A program made the position numbers and the translations under genes. DNA of 64,000 bases from Chloroflexota bacterium (GTDB taxonomy: Bacteria; Chloroflexota; UBA11872; VXNJ01): positions 2,176,001 through 2,240,000 of the forward strand of contig OZ253449.1 of NCBI GenBank assembly GCA_965261345.1. Direction: 5' to 3'. Numbering within the stretch: the first letter of the stretch is position 1; every line of letters begins with the position of its first letter. Shown here in pieces: positions 1 to 9,666 of the stretch. The notes beneath the pieces were generated by a model. It searched no databases, had not been told where the DNA came from, and was given only the letters and a program-made list of their open reading frames with translations.

Positions 1-1715
1 TGGCCCACCGCCTTGAGCAGAACCGCCATGTCGGCAAATTCGCCCGTGGTGCGACTGGCAAACGGTTCTAGCAGTTGGAGCCGATCGCTGTCGGGCGCCA
101 CCGCAATCGCAGTCTGACTTCCGTTGGGGGCCAGATATCCGGTACCTCGGGCCAGGAACCCATTGGCCGGCACCTCCGGCGCCGGTTCGGGCGGATTGAG
201 CCGCACCCCGGCGGATCCCGCGATCGGATCGCGGCGCGGATCAAAGCCCAGCCGTCCGCCGATTGCCATGCTCACGGCAATCTCCGGGCTGGTGATGAAA
301 TTCATGGTTTGGGGATTGCCGTCGTTGCGACGGGGAAAATTGCGGTTAAACGAGGTAACGATCGAATTACGGGCTGGGACCGGATTGTGAGGAGCGTCGG
401 GATCGGCCCGCCGCCACTGACCGATGCACGGCCCGCAGGCGTTGGCCAGCACGGTAGCACCGATCGCTTCCAGATCGGCGATAAGTCCGTCGCGCTCCAG
501 GGTGGCACGTACCATCTCCGAACCCGGGGTGACCAGCAGCGGCGTGGCCACCCGGAGATCGGCCGCCTGGGCCTGGCGGGCTACCTGGGCGGCCCGTGAG
601 ATGTCCTCGTAGGAAGAGTTGGTGCAGCTACCAATGAGCACCGCCGACAGTTCCTCCGGAAAGCCTTCGGTGGCAATTTCGCTGGCCAGATCCGAGAGTG
701 GGCGGGCCCGGTCGGGCCGATGGGGGCCAACCACGTGCGGCTCCAGCGCCGAAAGATCGATGTCAATGACCTGGTCGTAGTAGCGATCGGGGTCTGCCGC
801 GGTTTCGGGGTCGGCAGTTAGGAATTCCGAATTGGCCAGCGCCAGATCGGCGGCGACCGAGCGTTCGGTGGACTGCAGATATGTAATCATCCGCCGGTCG
901 AGCGGGAAGACCGAGGTGGTAGCGCCGATTTCGGCCCCCATGTTGGTGATGGTGGCCTTACCGGTGCAGGAAATGGATTCGCAGCCTGGCCCGAAGTACT
1001 CAATGATTCGGTTGGTACCGCCGCTGGTTGTTAGCAGGCCCGCCAATTTCAGGATTACGTCTTTGGGAGCCGACCAGCCGCTGAGCGATCCGCTCAGTCG
1101 CACCCCCAGGATCGATGGCGCGAGCAGCTCCCATGGAAAGCCCACCATCACGTCTACGGCGTCGGCGCCGCCGACTCCGATTGCCAGAGTGCCAAGCCCG
1201 CCGGCATTGGGTGTGTGCGAATCGGTACCAATGATCAGCGATCCAGGGACCGCGTAGTTTTCCAGCACTACCTGGTGAATGATCCCAGAACCCGGTTCCC
1301 AGAATCCCAGCCCCCACTGGGCCGACGCCGAGCGCAGGAATGTGAAAACCTCGTCATTTTCAAGCCGGGAACGGGCCAGGTCGGGCGTGGCGCCGATCTG
1401 GGCCCGAATCAGGTGGTCGCAGTGCACGGTAGTTGGGACCTGGGTACGCGCCTGCCCGGCAAGACGGAACTGCAGCAGGGCCATCTGGCCGGTTACGTCC
1501 TGGAGCGCCACCCGATCGGGCCGCAGCATGATCCAGGCTCCCGGTTCCAGCTCGATTGTCTCCGGGTCGTCGGCGTGCGCCCAGAGGATCTTCTCGGCCA
1601 GGGTCAAGGGTCGTCCCGCCCGCCGCCGGATTGTATCGAGGCGCCCGGTCAGCCGACCGTACATTGCCGAAAGGGCCTCGGGGTCGGCACCGGTTTGATT
1701 CATCGCCGCAGACAT
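1..1715 (-). CDS. acn: Aconitate hydratase (mitochondrial-type aconitase); 3' end runs off the window start
   Basis: Not in the ORF track; read by hand on the minus strand from ATG at 1715 (alternative 1703): MSAAMNQ...RPLTLAEKILWAH...LRPDRVALQDVTGQMALLQF...TTVHCDHLI...GTDSHTPNAGGLG...GSCTNSSYED. These are aconitase signatures. Confidence 0.93.
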   Translation of the reverse strand, partial: MSAAMNQTGADPEALSAMYGRLTGRLDTIRRRAGRPLTLAEKILWAHADDPETIELEPGAWIMLRPDRVALQDVTGQMALLQFRLAGQARTQVPTTVHCDHLIRAQIGATPDLARSRLENDEVFTFLRSASAQWGLGFWEPGSGIIHQVVLENYAVPGSLIIGTDSHTPNAGGLGTLAIGVGGADAVDVMVGFPWELLAPSILGVRLSGSLSGWSAPKDVILKLAGLLTTSGGTNRIIEYFGPGCESISCTGKATITNMGAEIGATTSVFPLDRRMITYLQSTERSVAADLALANSEFLTADPETAADPDRYYDQVIDIDLSALEPHVVGPHRPDRARPLSDLASEIATEGFPEELSAVLIGSCTNSSYEDISRAAQVARQAQAADLRVATPLLVTPGSEMVRATLERDGLIADLEAIGATVLANACGPCIGQWRRADPDAPHNPVPARNSIVTSFNRNFPRRNDGNPQTMNFITSPEIAVSMAIGGRLGFDPRRDPIAGSAGVRLNPPEPAPEVPANGFLARGTGYLAPNGSQTAIAVAPDSDRLQLLEPFASRTTGEFADMAVLLKAVG

Positions 1716-1874
1716 TTTTGGATCGACATCTTTGTACTGATTAGTCCTCAGCGGATTCTAGATTCAACCGGGAATCGAGTCGACTGAGCCCGGCCGGGCG
1801 GGCGAGCTATCGATCCGACGGCGATAATAGACCGCCTGCCGCAAATCCCTCTTTACCGGGCCTCGCCAACCTCC

Positions 1875-3026
1875 TTGAAGCTGCACGAATACCAGTCCCG
1901 CGACCTGCTCGCCGGTCAGGCCATACCGCTGCCGCCGGCTCGATTGGTCGTAGACCCGGCCGGCGCGGCCGAGGCTGCCGCTGAGCTGGGCGGCCGGGTG
2001 GTGATAAAGGCCCAGGTCCTTTCGGGCGGTCGCGGCAAGGCCGGCGGGATCAAATTGGTTGGCGATCCAGCGGCTGCGGCCCGGTCTGCCGGCAACATCC
2101 TGGGGCGCACGATCGGGGGCCACCTGGTGCAAAAGGTTCTGGTGGCCAAGGCCGTCGATATCGCGGCCGAATATTACCTGGCGGTGCTGCCGGATCGCCG
2201 GTCGCGAAAACTGGTGGTTATGGCCTCGGCGGCTGGCGGCATCGACATCGAACTGACAGCGGCCGAAAACCCGGCGGCGATTCATCGCCGCCGCTGCCCG
2301 GCCGACGGCCAATTGGAGCCGTACCAAGGCCGCGAATTGGCGTTTGATCTCGGATTGCCCAAGGCGCTGGTGGGCCAGTTCGCCCAGATTGCCGCGTCAT
2401 TGGTCAAGTGCCTGCAAATCAACGACGCCTCGCTGGTCGAGGTCAACCCGTTGGTAATTAGCGGCGACCAACTGCTGGCGATCGATGCCAAGATCAGCAT
2501 CGACGATTCGGCACTCTTCCGCCAGCCGGGCATGGGCGCGCTGCGCAATCCGGAGGAAGAATCCGAATCGGAGGCGTTGGCCCGCGAGGCTGGAATCTCC
2601 TATGTGGAGTTGGATGGATCGCTGGGATGCATGGTCAACGGGGCCGGATTGGCGATGGCCTTGCTCGACGTAATAGTGGCTGAAGGCGGCCGCCCGGCGA
2701 ATTTCCTCGACATAGGTGGCGGAGCGGATGCCGACCAGGTTGCCCGGGCCATGCGGATCATCCTTTCCGACCCTTCGGTCCGAGCGGTGCTGGTCAATAT
2801 CTTCGGCGGAATTACCCGCTGCGACGACGTGGCCCGCGGCATCACCGCGGCCCTGGCTGAGATCGACAAGCCGCCGCCGCTAATTTCCCGCCTGGCGGGC
2901 ACCAATCAGGCGGAAGGGCTAGCGATCCTGCGGCAAGCTGGCATCAGCGCCCACCGTGACATGCTCGCGGCCGTGCGGGCGGCGGTGGCCCTGGCCCAGG
3001 GGCCGGCTGAGCGATGCACAACCTGA
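1875..3026 (+). CDS. sucC: Succinyl-CoA synthetase beta subunit
   Basis: MKLHEYQ start, KAQV..GGRGKAGG, EVNPL, NGAGLAMA, NFLDIGGGA, NIFGGITRCD. Confidence 0.97.
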   Translation: MKLHEYQSRDLLAGQAIPLPPARLVVDPAGAAEAAAELGGRVVIKAQVLSGGRGKAGGIKLVGDPAAAARSAGNILGRTIGGHLVQKVLVAKAVDIAAEYYLAVLPDRRSRKLVVMASAAGGIDIELTAAENPAAIHRRRCPADGQLEPYQGRELAFDLGLPKALVGQFAQIAASLVKCLQINDASLVEVNPLVISGDQLLAIDAKISIDDSALFRQPGMGALRNPEEESESEALAREAGISYVELDGSLGCMVNGAGLAMALLDVIVAEGGRPANFLDIGGGADADQVARAMRIILSDPSVRAVLVNIFGGITRCDDVARGITAALAEIDKPPPLISRLAGTNQAEGLAILRQAGISAHRDMLAAVRAAVALAQGPAERCTT

Positions 3027-3883
3027 TGATCGATGCCTCCACCCCGGTCCTGGTACAGGGCATCAGCGGCCGCCAGGGGTCATTCCACACCAGGTTAATG
3101 CTCGAGTACGGCACTTCGGTGGTGGCCGGGGTGGTGCCCGGTCGTGGTGGTCAACGGGTTCACGGGGTCGAGGTTTTCGACACTGTAAACCAGGCAGTTG
3201 AGGCCAGTGGAGCAAGCGCCGGGGTGGTCTTCGTGCCCCCATTTGCGGCGGCCGATGCGGTGTGCGAACAGGCCGCCTCCGGAATAAAGACGATCGTTAC
3301 GATCACCGAGGGAATTCCGGTTCTGGATGCGGCCCGGATGATCAATTTTGCCAATCGCCGCGGCGCCCGCGTTATCGGACCCAATTGCCCGGGGTTGATA
3401 CTGCCGGGCCAGACCAAATTGGGCATCATCCCTGGATCGATCGCCCGTCCCGGCCGGGTCGGAATCGTCTCGCGATCGGGAACGCTCACCTATGAGGTGA
3501 TCCAAGCGCTCACCGATCGCGGGATCGGGCAGGCGCTCTGCCTGGGAATCGGCGGTGACCCGCTGATCGGCTTTACATTCGTGGACGCGCTCGCCGAATT
3601 TGAGGGCGATCCGGGCACCGATGCGATTGTGTTGATCGGCGAAATTGGCGGTCAAGACGAAGAAATCGCCGCCGCCTACATCCGCGAAAAAGTGTCCAAG
3701 CCGGTGGTCGGGTTCATCGCCGGACGCTCTGCCCCGCCCGAACGGCAAATGGGTCACGCCGGCGCCATCGTGGCCGGGGGAATGGGTGCGGCGGTCGATA
3801 AGATCGCGGCGCTGCAGGCCGTCGATGTGCCGGTGGCCCAGCACCCCGAACAAGTGGGCGACCTGGTCGCTACCCGGCTTTGA
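3014..3883 (+). CDS. sucD: Succinyl-CoA synthetase alpha subunit
   Basis: GPNCPG, SRSGTLTYE, GIGGD, IGEIGG, phospho-His motif MGHAGA; overlaps sucC. Confidence 0.97.
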   Translation: MHNLMIDASTPVLVQGISGRQGSFHTRLMLEYGTSVVAGVVPGRGGQRVHGVEVFDTVNQAVEASGASAGVVFVPPFAAADAVCEQAASGIKTIVTITEGIPVLDAARMINFANRRGARVIGPNCPGLILPGQTKLGIIPGSIARPGRVGIVSRSGTLTYEVIQALTDRGIGQALCLGIGGDPLIGFTFVDALAEFEGDPGTDAIVLIGEIGGQDEEIAAAYIREKVSKPVVGFIAGRSAPPERQMGHAGAIVAGGMGAAVDKIAALQAVDVPVAQHPEQVGDLVATRL

Positions 3884-4005
3884 AGCAGGCGATGGCAAAC
3901 TGCCCCGCGCGCTCGTTATGATCATTGGGGTGGGATCGATAGCCGCCAACGGCGTTCTGGATCCCGCTTCGTTCATTCGGGCAATCCCGGTTCAAGGCCC
4001 TGTCT

Positions 4006-5571
4006 TTGATTGAATACGAACTGGTTGTGGTGGGCGGCGGGATCGCCGGTCTCAGGGCCGCCATCGCCGCTGCCGAGGCCGACCTGCGGGTGGCGGTCAT
4101 TTCGCGCACCAACCCAATTGCCCATCAAGACGCAAATCTTCGTGAAGGGTTCAACGCGCCCGACGGCGACCGGCTCAAGAACGCTTTTGCAGCCGATTGT
4201 GTGGCTGCCGGTTGCGGCCTGGCCGATCCCTCAGCGATCGCGGCGGCCGCCGACCGGGCGGTCGGCGAGGCGATTGCGGTCGAACACATGGGGGCGACAT
4301 TTGCCCGATCCGCCGATGGCGGCCTGGACGCCTTTCGCCTGGCCGGCAACTCGGCTGCCTACAGCTTGCAGGCCGGTTGGTGGTCCGGTCGAGCGGTGCA
4401 GAACGCGCTAATCGATCAGGCCGCAGCGTATGCGATTGACATATTTAGCGAATGGCTCGCTCTCGCGGTTGTAACCGACGATGCCGGAGTCTGCGGCCTG
4501 ACCGCGCTCAATATCCGCTCCGGTCAGGTCCAGGCGTTTAGCGCTGGAAACGTCCTGCTCACTGAAGGATCGGTCGGCGGCATCTTCACGACCAGCGGCA
4601 ATCCGCGCTGCGCTATCGGCAGTGGCCAGGCCTTAGCCGCTGCCGTCGGGGCGCCGTTGGTCGATATGGAATTCGTCGAATATTGCGCCGGCCTAAATTC
4701 AACTTCGCCATCAATGAACGGGGCGCTGATAGGCGATGCCGCCACTGTCGCCGCGGCGGCATACACCGGATTGCGCTCCCAACCTGATCCAGCTACTCCG
4801 GGAGGCCTGGCCCGCGCGCTTGATCCGGGCGGATCGACCCGAATCGACTTTTCCGGCAACCGCGAGGAGATTGAGCTGTTCGCCGGCGAAATCGGTCTTT
4901 TGCTCGGATCCGAGCTGTCCACCGAGGTCATTCCATCGGTTGCCTACTGCGTCGGCGGGATTGCTCCCGATACCGCCATCGACGGGCTGTGGGCTGCCGG
5001 CGAGGCGGCCGTCTCGCCGTTGCTGGGAGCGGGTCTGCTCGCGGGCAATACCCTGCTCGACCTCGTTCAGTCTGCCACTGCGGCGGTGATGCAAATTACC
5101 CGGCGGTCAGGCGGGGTGCCCGCGTCGCTGCGCCTAAAAACCCAGGAAGAGATTCAACTCACCTTCAGCGGCGATCGCCAGATCGACACCGCCGTCCTCT
5201 GGGATCGCCTGCGCGCGGTAATGACCCAGTCGGCCGGCCTGGCCCGCGAACGTGATGGCCTTGAGCGTGCCCGCGGCCAGATAGATGAGATTGCCGCACT
5301 TGCGGCGCGGTCCGCACCGGCATTTCCGGGCGCACATTTCAACCTCGAGTTGGTGCGCCTATTGGAGTTGCGCCAAGGGCTGGTTACCGCGGCCGCCATC
5401 GTAGCCGGATCGAGCGCCCGGTTGGAGTCGCGTGGCCCACATCAGCGAGTCGATTTCCCGGGACAATCTGTTGATTTTGATGACCATACTGTTCTGCGCC
5501 GCGGCGATGCTGGTTTCAATGTGCAACGCGAGCTGCGGGTAGGCCGATCGCCGGCCGGAGTTGCCCGATGA
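4006..5571 (+). CDS. SdhA/FrdA-like flavoprotein with a degenerate active site (probable pseudo-enzyme)
   Basis: Retains the GGGIAG Rossmann motif, DMEF, GLWAAGE, GNTLLD and ESRGPH..DFP. The covalent-FAD His and the catalytic His/Arg/Glu positions are substituted. Confidence 0.85.
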   Translation: MIEYELVVVGGGIAGLRAAIAAAEADLRVAVISRTNPIAHQDANLREGFNAPDGDRLKNAFAADCVAAGCGLADPSAIAAAADRAVGEAIAVEHMGATFARSADGGLDAFRLAGNSAAYSLQAGWWSGRAVQNALIDQAAAYAIDIFSEWLALAVVTDDAGVCGLTALNIRSGQVQAFSAGNVLLTEGSVGGIFTTSGNPRCAIGSGQALAAAVGAPLVDMEFVEYCAGLNSTSPSMNGALIGDAATVAAAAYTGLRSQPDPATPGGLARALDPGGSTRIDFSGNREEIELFAGEIGLLLGSELSTEVIPSVAYCVGGIAPDTAIDGLWAAGEAAVSPLLGAGLLAGNTLLDLVQSATAAVMQITRRSGGVPASLRLKTQEEIQLTFSGDRQIDTAVLWDRLRAVMTQSAGLARERDGLERARGQIDEIAALAARSAPAFPGAHFNLELVRLLELRQGLVTAAAIVAGSSARLESRGPHQRVDFPGQSVDFDDHTVLRRGDAGFNVQRELRVGRSPAGVAR

Positions 5572-6281
5572 TCGCGCAGCTGCACGTGAATGTTGCGCGC
5601 TACGATCCCGAAGTTGACCGGACGGTGCGCTGGCAAACGTTCCAGGTGCGGCACGAAGCGGGAATGATGGTTCAGGATGCGTTGATCCAGATTCGCGACG
5701 AGCAGGATGGGTCACTGCGTTTTCGCGAAGCCGAAGCGGGCGGATTCTCGGGCCTCGGCGCGGTCGCCTTGAACGGGCGTCCGGTGCTGGCAGTTCGCGA
5801 GGAACTTCCGTCAGATAACCGCGAAATCAGAATCGGCCCGCTCCCTAATCATGGAGTGATCGTCGACCTGGTGGTCGACCTAGAAGTCGGCGACCACCGC
5901 GCGGTGAGCCTTCGTCCCTGGTTGCAGCGGGTCAGCGGCGTTTCCGATGGGCACCCGTCGGCGATGACGCGTGAACAGCTGGACCGACTGCAGCGCAGCC
6001 AATTCTGCAACCGGTGCGGAATCTGTGATGGCGCCCTTCGTTCGACTGGTCCAGATTTTGTGGGTGCTGCGTTCCTGCTAAAGACCTATCGGCTGACGGC
6101 CGACGTGCGAGACGACTTCGACCGCGAGCGAATGATATTGGCGGTCGGCAAAAACGGGCTCTGGCGTGTGGATTCCTCACAATTGGCCGGAGACTGTTGC
6201 CCCTACGGCCTTGAACCATTTGCGCAGATTGATAAGCTCCGCCGCGCTGCCGCGTTAAACGGGTTCACCGACCCGGGCTAG
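5568..6281 (+). CDS. SdhB/FrdB-like iron-sulfur subunit, degenerate (only the 4Fe-4S ligands remain)
   Basis: SdhB scaffold (RYDPE, DALIQIR..QDGSL.FR, PLP....IVDLVVD, CNRCGIC, CCP); ATGA overlap with the upstream flavoprotein. Confidence 0.85.
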   Translation: MIAQLHVNVARYDPEVDRTVRWQTFQVRHEAGMMVQDALIQIRDEQDGSLRFREAEAGGFSGLGAVALNGRPVLAVREELPSDNREIRIGPLPNHGVIVDLVVDLEVGDHRAVSLRPWLQRVSGVSDGHPSAMTREQLDRLQRSQFCNRCGICDGALRSTGPDFVGAAFLLKTYRLTADVRDDFDRERMILAVGKNGLWRVDSSQLAGDCCPYGLEPFAQIDKLRRAAALNGFTDPG

Positions 6282-6344
6282 TCAATTTGGGCAATCCGGG
6301 TTCGTTGGTCTCTCATCCGACCCCCGCGCAAGATTGGAACCCCC

Positions 6345-7271
6345 ATGCGACCGAAAGTTACCGTTGTAGGCGCCGGTGCCACCGGCGGCTCCACCGCCCG
6401 GCGGGTTGCCGAGCGCGGCTACGCCGACGTGGTGCTAGTTGACATTGTGGCCGGGCTGCCACAGGGCAAAACCCTGGATCTCAACCATGCCGGGTCGCTG
6501 GGCGGGTATCCGCCCAACATCGTCGGCACCAATTCCTACGATCCCTCCGCCGGGTCCGACGTCTGCGTTATCACCTCGGGATTCCCACGCAAACCGGGCA
6601 TGAGCCGCGACGACCTGCTCCTTGCCAATAAAGCGATCGTCGAGCAGGTTACCACCGAGCTGGTGAGCCGATCCCCGGAAACGATCCTGGTCATCCTTTC
6701 CAACCCGATGGATGCCATGGCACAGCTGGCAATGCAGGTATCGGGACTTCCGCGCGAGCGCGTAATTGGGCAGGGTGGAATCTTAGATTCATCGCGCTAC
6801 CGGACCTTCCTGGCATGGGAACTGGGGGTGTCCCCGGCCGACATTACCGGGTTTGTCCTGGGAGGGCACGGCGACACGATGGTCCCGGTACCAAGCTATA
6901 CGACTGTGGCCGGTATGTCGGTTAAAGAGTTGATCGCGCCCGACCGGCTTGCGGCAATAGTTGATCGGACTCGCAACGGCGGCGGCGAGATCGTGGGCCT
7001 GATGAAAACGGGCGGGGCGTTCGAGGCTCCGGGCGAGGCCTGCGCGATGATGGTCGATGCGATCTTGCTCGATCAGAAGCGCCTCTACCCCTGTGCGGTA
7101 ATGCTCGACGGCCAGTACGGGATCGACGGTACGTTCGTCGGGGTTCTGGTCAAACTTGGCGCCGCCGGCGTCGAGCAGATCATGGACTTTCCGTTGAGCC
7201 AATCGGAGTTGGCCGAGCTGCAGCGATCGGCGGCATCGGTCGGCGAATTAGTGGAAATAATGGGAATTTAG
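6345..7271 (+). CDS. mdh: Malate dehydrogenase (LDH-like type)
   Basis: VVGAGATG, PRKPGMSRDDLL, SNPMD, LDSSR, LGGHGD. Confidence 0.96.
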   Translation: MRPKVTVVGAGATGGSTARRVAERGYADVVLVDIVAGLPQGKTLDLNHAGSLGGYPPNIVGTNSYDPSAGSDVCVITSGFPRKPGMSRDDLLLANKAIVEQVTTELVSRSPETILVILSNPMDAMAQLAMQVSGLPRERVIGQGGILDSSRYRTFLAWELGVSPADITGFVLGGHGDTMVPVPSYTTVAGMSVKELIAPDRLAAIVDRTRNGGGEIVGLMKTGGAFEAPGEACAMMVDAILLDQKRLYPCAVMLDGQYGIDGTFVGVLVKLGAAGVEQIMDFPLSQSELAELQRSAASVGELVEIMGI

Positions 7272-7713
7272 GCGCCCGATCAAGGCATGTGCCGAAAGCA
7301 TTGCAATTGGCTTTGGCGTCACCCAATCGAATTTGGTTCGACTTCTTTCGCTGAAATTTAAGCGGAAACGATTGGCTCCAGTTCTCTTCCGTTGATTCTT
7401 GACGAGGAAGGAAATATTCCGGTAGGAGTTGGCATCACTGTCACTTTGGTGCTGCTCCAGCGCAGGCGCCCAGATCAGGCGCCGGCAGCTCGCAAAACCC
7501 AAAAAGCTCCCGATCAACTGGGTCCGGCGCTAGGTTGATTGCCGCCTAGGGAGCGCCGATCGTTCTATCGAGGCCCGGCGACGGCGTCAGTCCAACTGCC
7601 CAGCGAATCCGTAGGTTAAGCGTTATTGCGTCGCCCTCAACCTGGTGATCATTCCCGATTAAATCTGGCCGCGCAGCGACTATTGATAAGTCCGGGACCC
7701 GAGCGCGGGGCGG

Positions 7714-9666
7714 TCAATGTGGAGTGTCGGTTTTAAAGCTCGCTGAATGGCGTCTATCCCACGCCAGCGCGCCCAGCCATCCCGCCAGCGCAACTGCCGC
7801 CAACGAACCGGCAACCCACCGGACACTGCCCACGAGATCTCCCGCCAAATCCTGAACCGCTCGCAGGACATAGTCCGCGGTCAACTGGCTCGTACCGGCG
7901 AACGGTCCGTCGGCGAGGTCGATCATTCCTTCCCGGGCCGCGGAAAATCCGGCCGCGGAGGCGGCTTCAAAGACCGGCCAGAGAAGAATTGTGAGCGTCA
8001 ACGCCGCAATGAACAAAACCGCTGATGCCCACGCAATCCTGCCGGGCCAGCTAACGCCACCTAATAACCCGATTACAACCAACATGCCCAGCGCCACCAG
8101 ATACGAAATCCACCCGTACTGGCGCACGGCCCTGGACGCATCGCCCAATGCCTGCAGCCCTGTCCCTATCGAATCCTTAGAAGCTTCGTCCTCCAAACTT
8201 CCAATCGAAAAGACATAACCGTCGGCAAAAAACGTACGGATGTCGTCAAAATCGGCCAGGTTTCCGCCCGCCGCGAGATCTTCCCGAAGATCTGTTTGGT
8301 CATATGAATACCCTTCGGCCAACAGCCGGCGCCATTCGTCCAAGGCTTTGAGCGCCCCTGGGCCGCCAGCGCTATTTACCACGTCCCGCAGGTGAGATTC
8401 CGAAAACACGACCGAGTCCGGAAGTGGGTCAAGGACCAGGGTCTGAACCAGGCTGGCGGTCCGGGCCGTAACCGAGTCCAGGAGCTGGCTTCTCAGGATT
8501 CCGGGAGGAAGGCAGGCGGGAAGGTCGGGATTTTCCAGCGTTAAGGTCAATTCGCCAAGATCGGGCCCGGATTCACAGTCGGGGAGGGAATTTACAACCG
8601 CTGTGACCTTTTGGTCGGCCAGTCCGGTCAGGCCCAACTGCGCCGCCTGTTTGTTGGGTTCAATCGAAATTTGGGTTGTGAAGCCATCCGACCGTCCCAG
8701 GAGATAGTCGCTGGCGTCCTCGATGAAAATTTCGGCTTGTCGATCGACCAGATCCGGCGGCGCGAACTCGAGCAGCGCGTCGGTGATTTCAGCGCTGGTT
8801 ATTACCTGTCCAAACGGAACCTCCACTCCGACACCCAGGATTGGCTCGATCGCTGGCGCAATAACGTATTGGCTCAGCAGGTCGATGGCGGCGTCGCCGC
8901 CCAGGATCGCCTTGAACTCGGCTGCGGTGGCATCCGTCAGCTCTTCGGTAATGCGGATCTGCACCTCGAAGCCGTCGGAATCGGCGATTAGATACGACGA
9001 AACCTGCCGCACGGAATGCTCGGTCAATCCCGCAATCCATTCAGGGGTGATCACCCGAACCGCGGACTCGGCCAACCGCTCGCTCGCGACCGCATTTCCC
9101 CCGAAGGAAAGGGTCGCAATGTTCGACGCCTCCGTGGAGCTGGCAAACGATTCAATCAATCGGTCGCGAACCAACGGGCGAATTTCGTTTCGGAGAAGCC
9201 ATTCATAAGTGCCCGCCTCACGCAGGAGCTCCAACGACCCGTCGACCATGCCCCGCACCGGCTCAGTGGCGTTGATCCGAATCGCCACCTGATCCTGTTC
9301 CCCGGCAATGATTTGACCGATCGCCAGCGCAATCGGCGCAACGATCGCCTCCAACTTTTGCGGCGAGAGGCCAAGATGCACGGCCTCCAAGATCTGTCGG
9401 TTCGTTAACCCGGATTCGGCAAGAACATTCCGTCGAACATCCACGCCAAGTTCGGCTGGATCGGCAGCACGCACGTCGTTGAGGACCGACGCCAACAAAT
9501 CAACCACCAGAAATTGATAAACACCGCGTTTTTCGAGCTGCTGCGGATAGAAGCTTGGCTTTAGAAATGTGTCGTTTAGTCCGAACACGAAAAGCGCAAC
9601 CATCAGGGTGGGAAGAAGGATCGTCCCCCCAAGGGCAGCTATGGAGCGACGGAATAGCAGCATCAC
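7714..9666 (-). CDS. Hypothetical integral membrane protein with a large extracytoplasmic domain
   Basis: 650-aa ORF with an N-terminal hydrophobic helix, a long acidic/helical region and about three C-terminal TM segments. Confidence 0.75.
   Translation of the reverse strand: MMLLFRRSIAALGGTILLPTLMVALFVFGLNDTFLKPSFYPQQLEKRGVYQFLVVDLLASVLNDVRAADPAELGVDVRRNVLAESGLTNRQILEAVHLGLSPQKLEAIVAPIALAIGQIIAGEQDQVAIRINATEPVRGMVDGSLELLREAGTYEWLLRNEIRPLVRDRLIESFASSTEASNIATLSFGGNAVASERLAESAVRVITPEWIAGLTEHSVRQVSSYLIADSDGFEVQIRITEELTDATAAEFKAILGGDAAIDLLSQYVIAPAIEPILGVGVEVPFGQVITSAEITDALLEFAPPDLVDRQAEIFIEDASDYLLGRSDGFTTQISIEPNKQAAQLGLTGLADQKVTAVVNSLPDCESGPDLGELTLTLENPDLPACLPPGILRSQLLDSVTARTASLVQTLVLDPLPDSVVFSESHLRDVVNSAGGPGALKALDEWRRLLAEGYSYDQTDLREDLAAGGNLADFDDIRTFFADGYVFSIGSLEDEASKDSIGTGLQALGDASRAVRQYGWISYLVALGMLVVIGLLGGVSWPGRIAWASAVLFIAALTLTILLWPVFEAASAAGFSAAREGMIDLADGPFAGTSQLTADYVLRAVQDLAGDLVGSVRWVAGSLAAVALAGWLGALAWDRRHSASFKTDTPH

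Noticed and set aside
75-1787. Several plus-strand ORFs (e.g. 75..599, 832..1257, 1215..1787)
   Set aside because: They are antisense shadows of the aconitase gene, which the ORF track missed because its stop lies outside the window.
4006-6281. Calling the degenerate sdhAB pair pseudogenes
   Set aside because: There are no stops or frameshifts, translational coupling is preserved, and the FAD and 4Fe-4S motifs are selectively retained.
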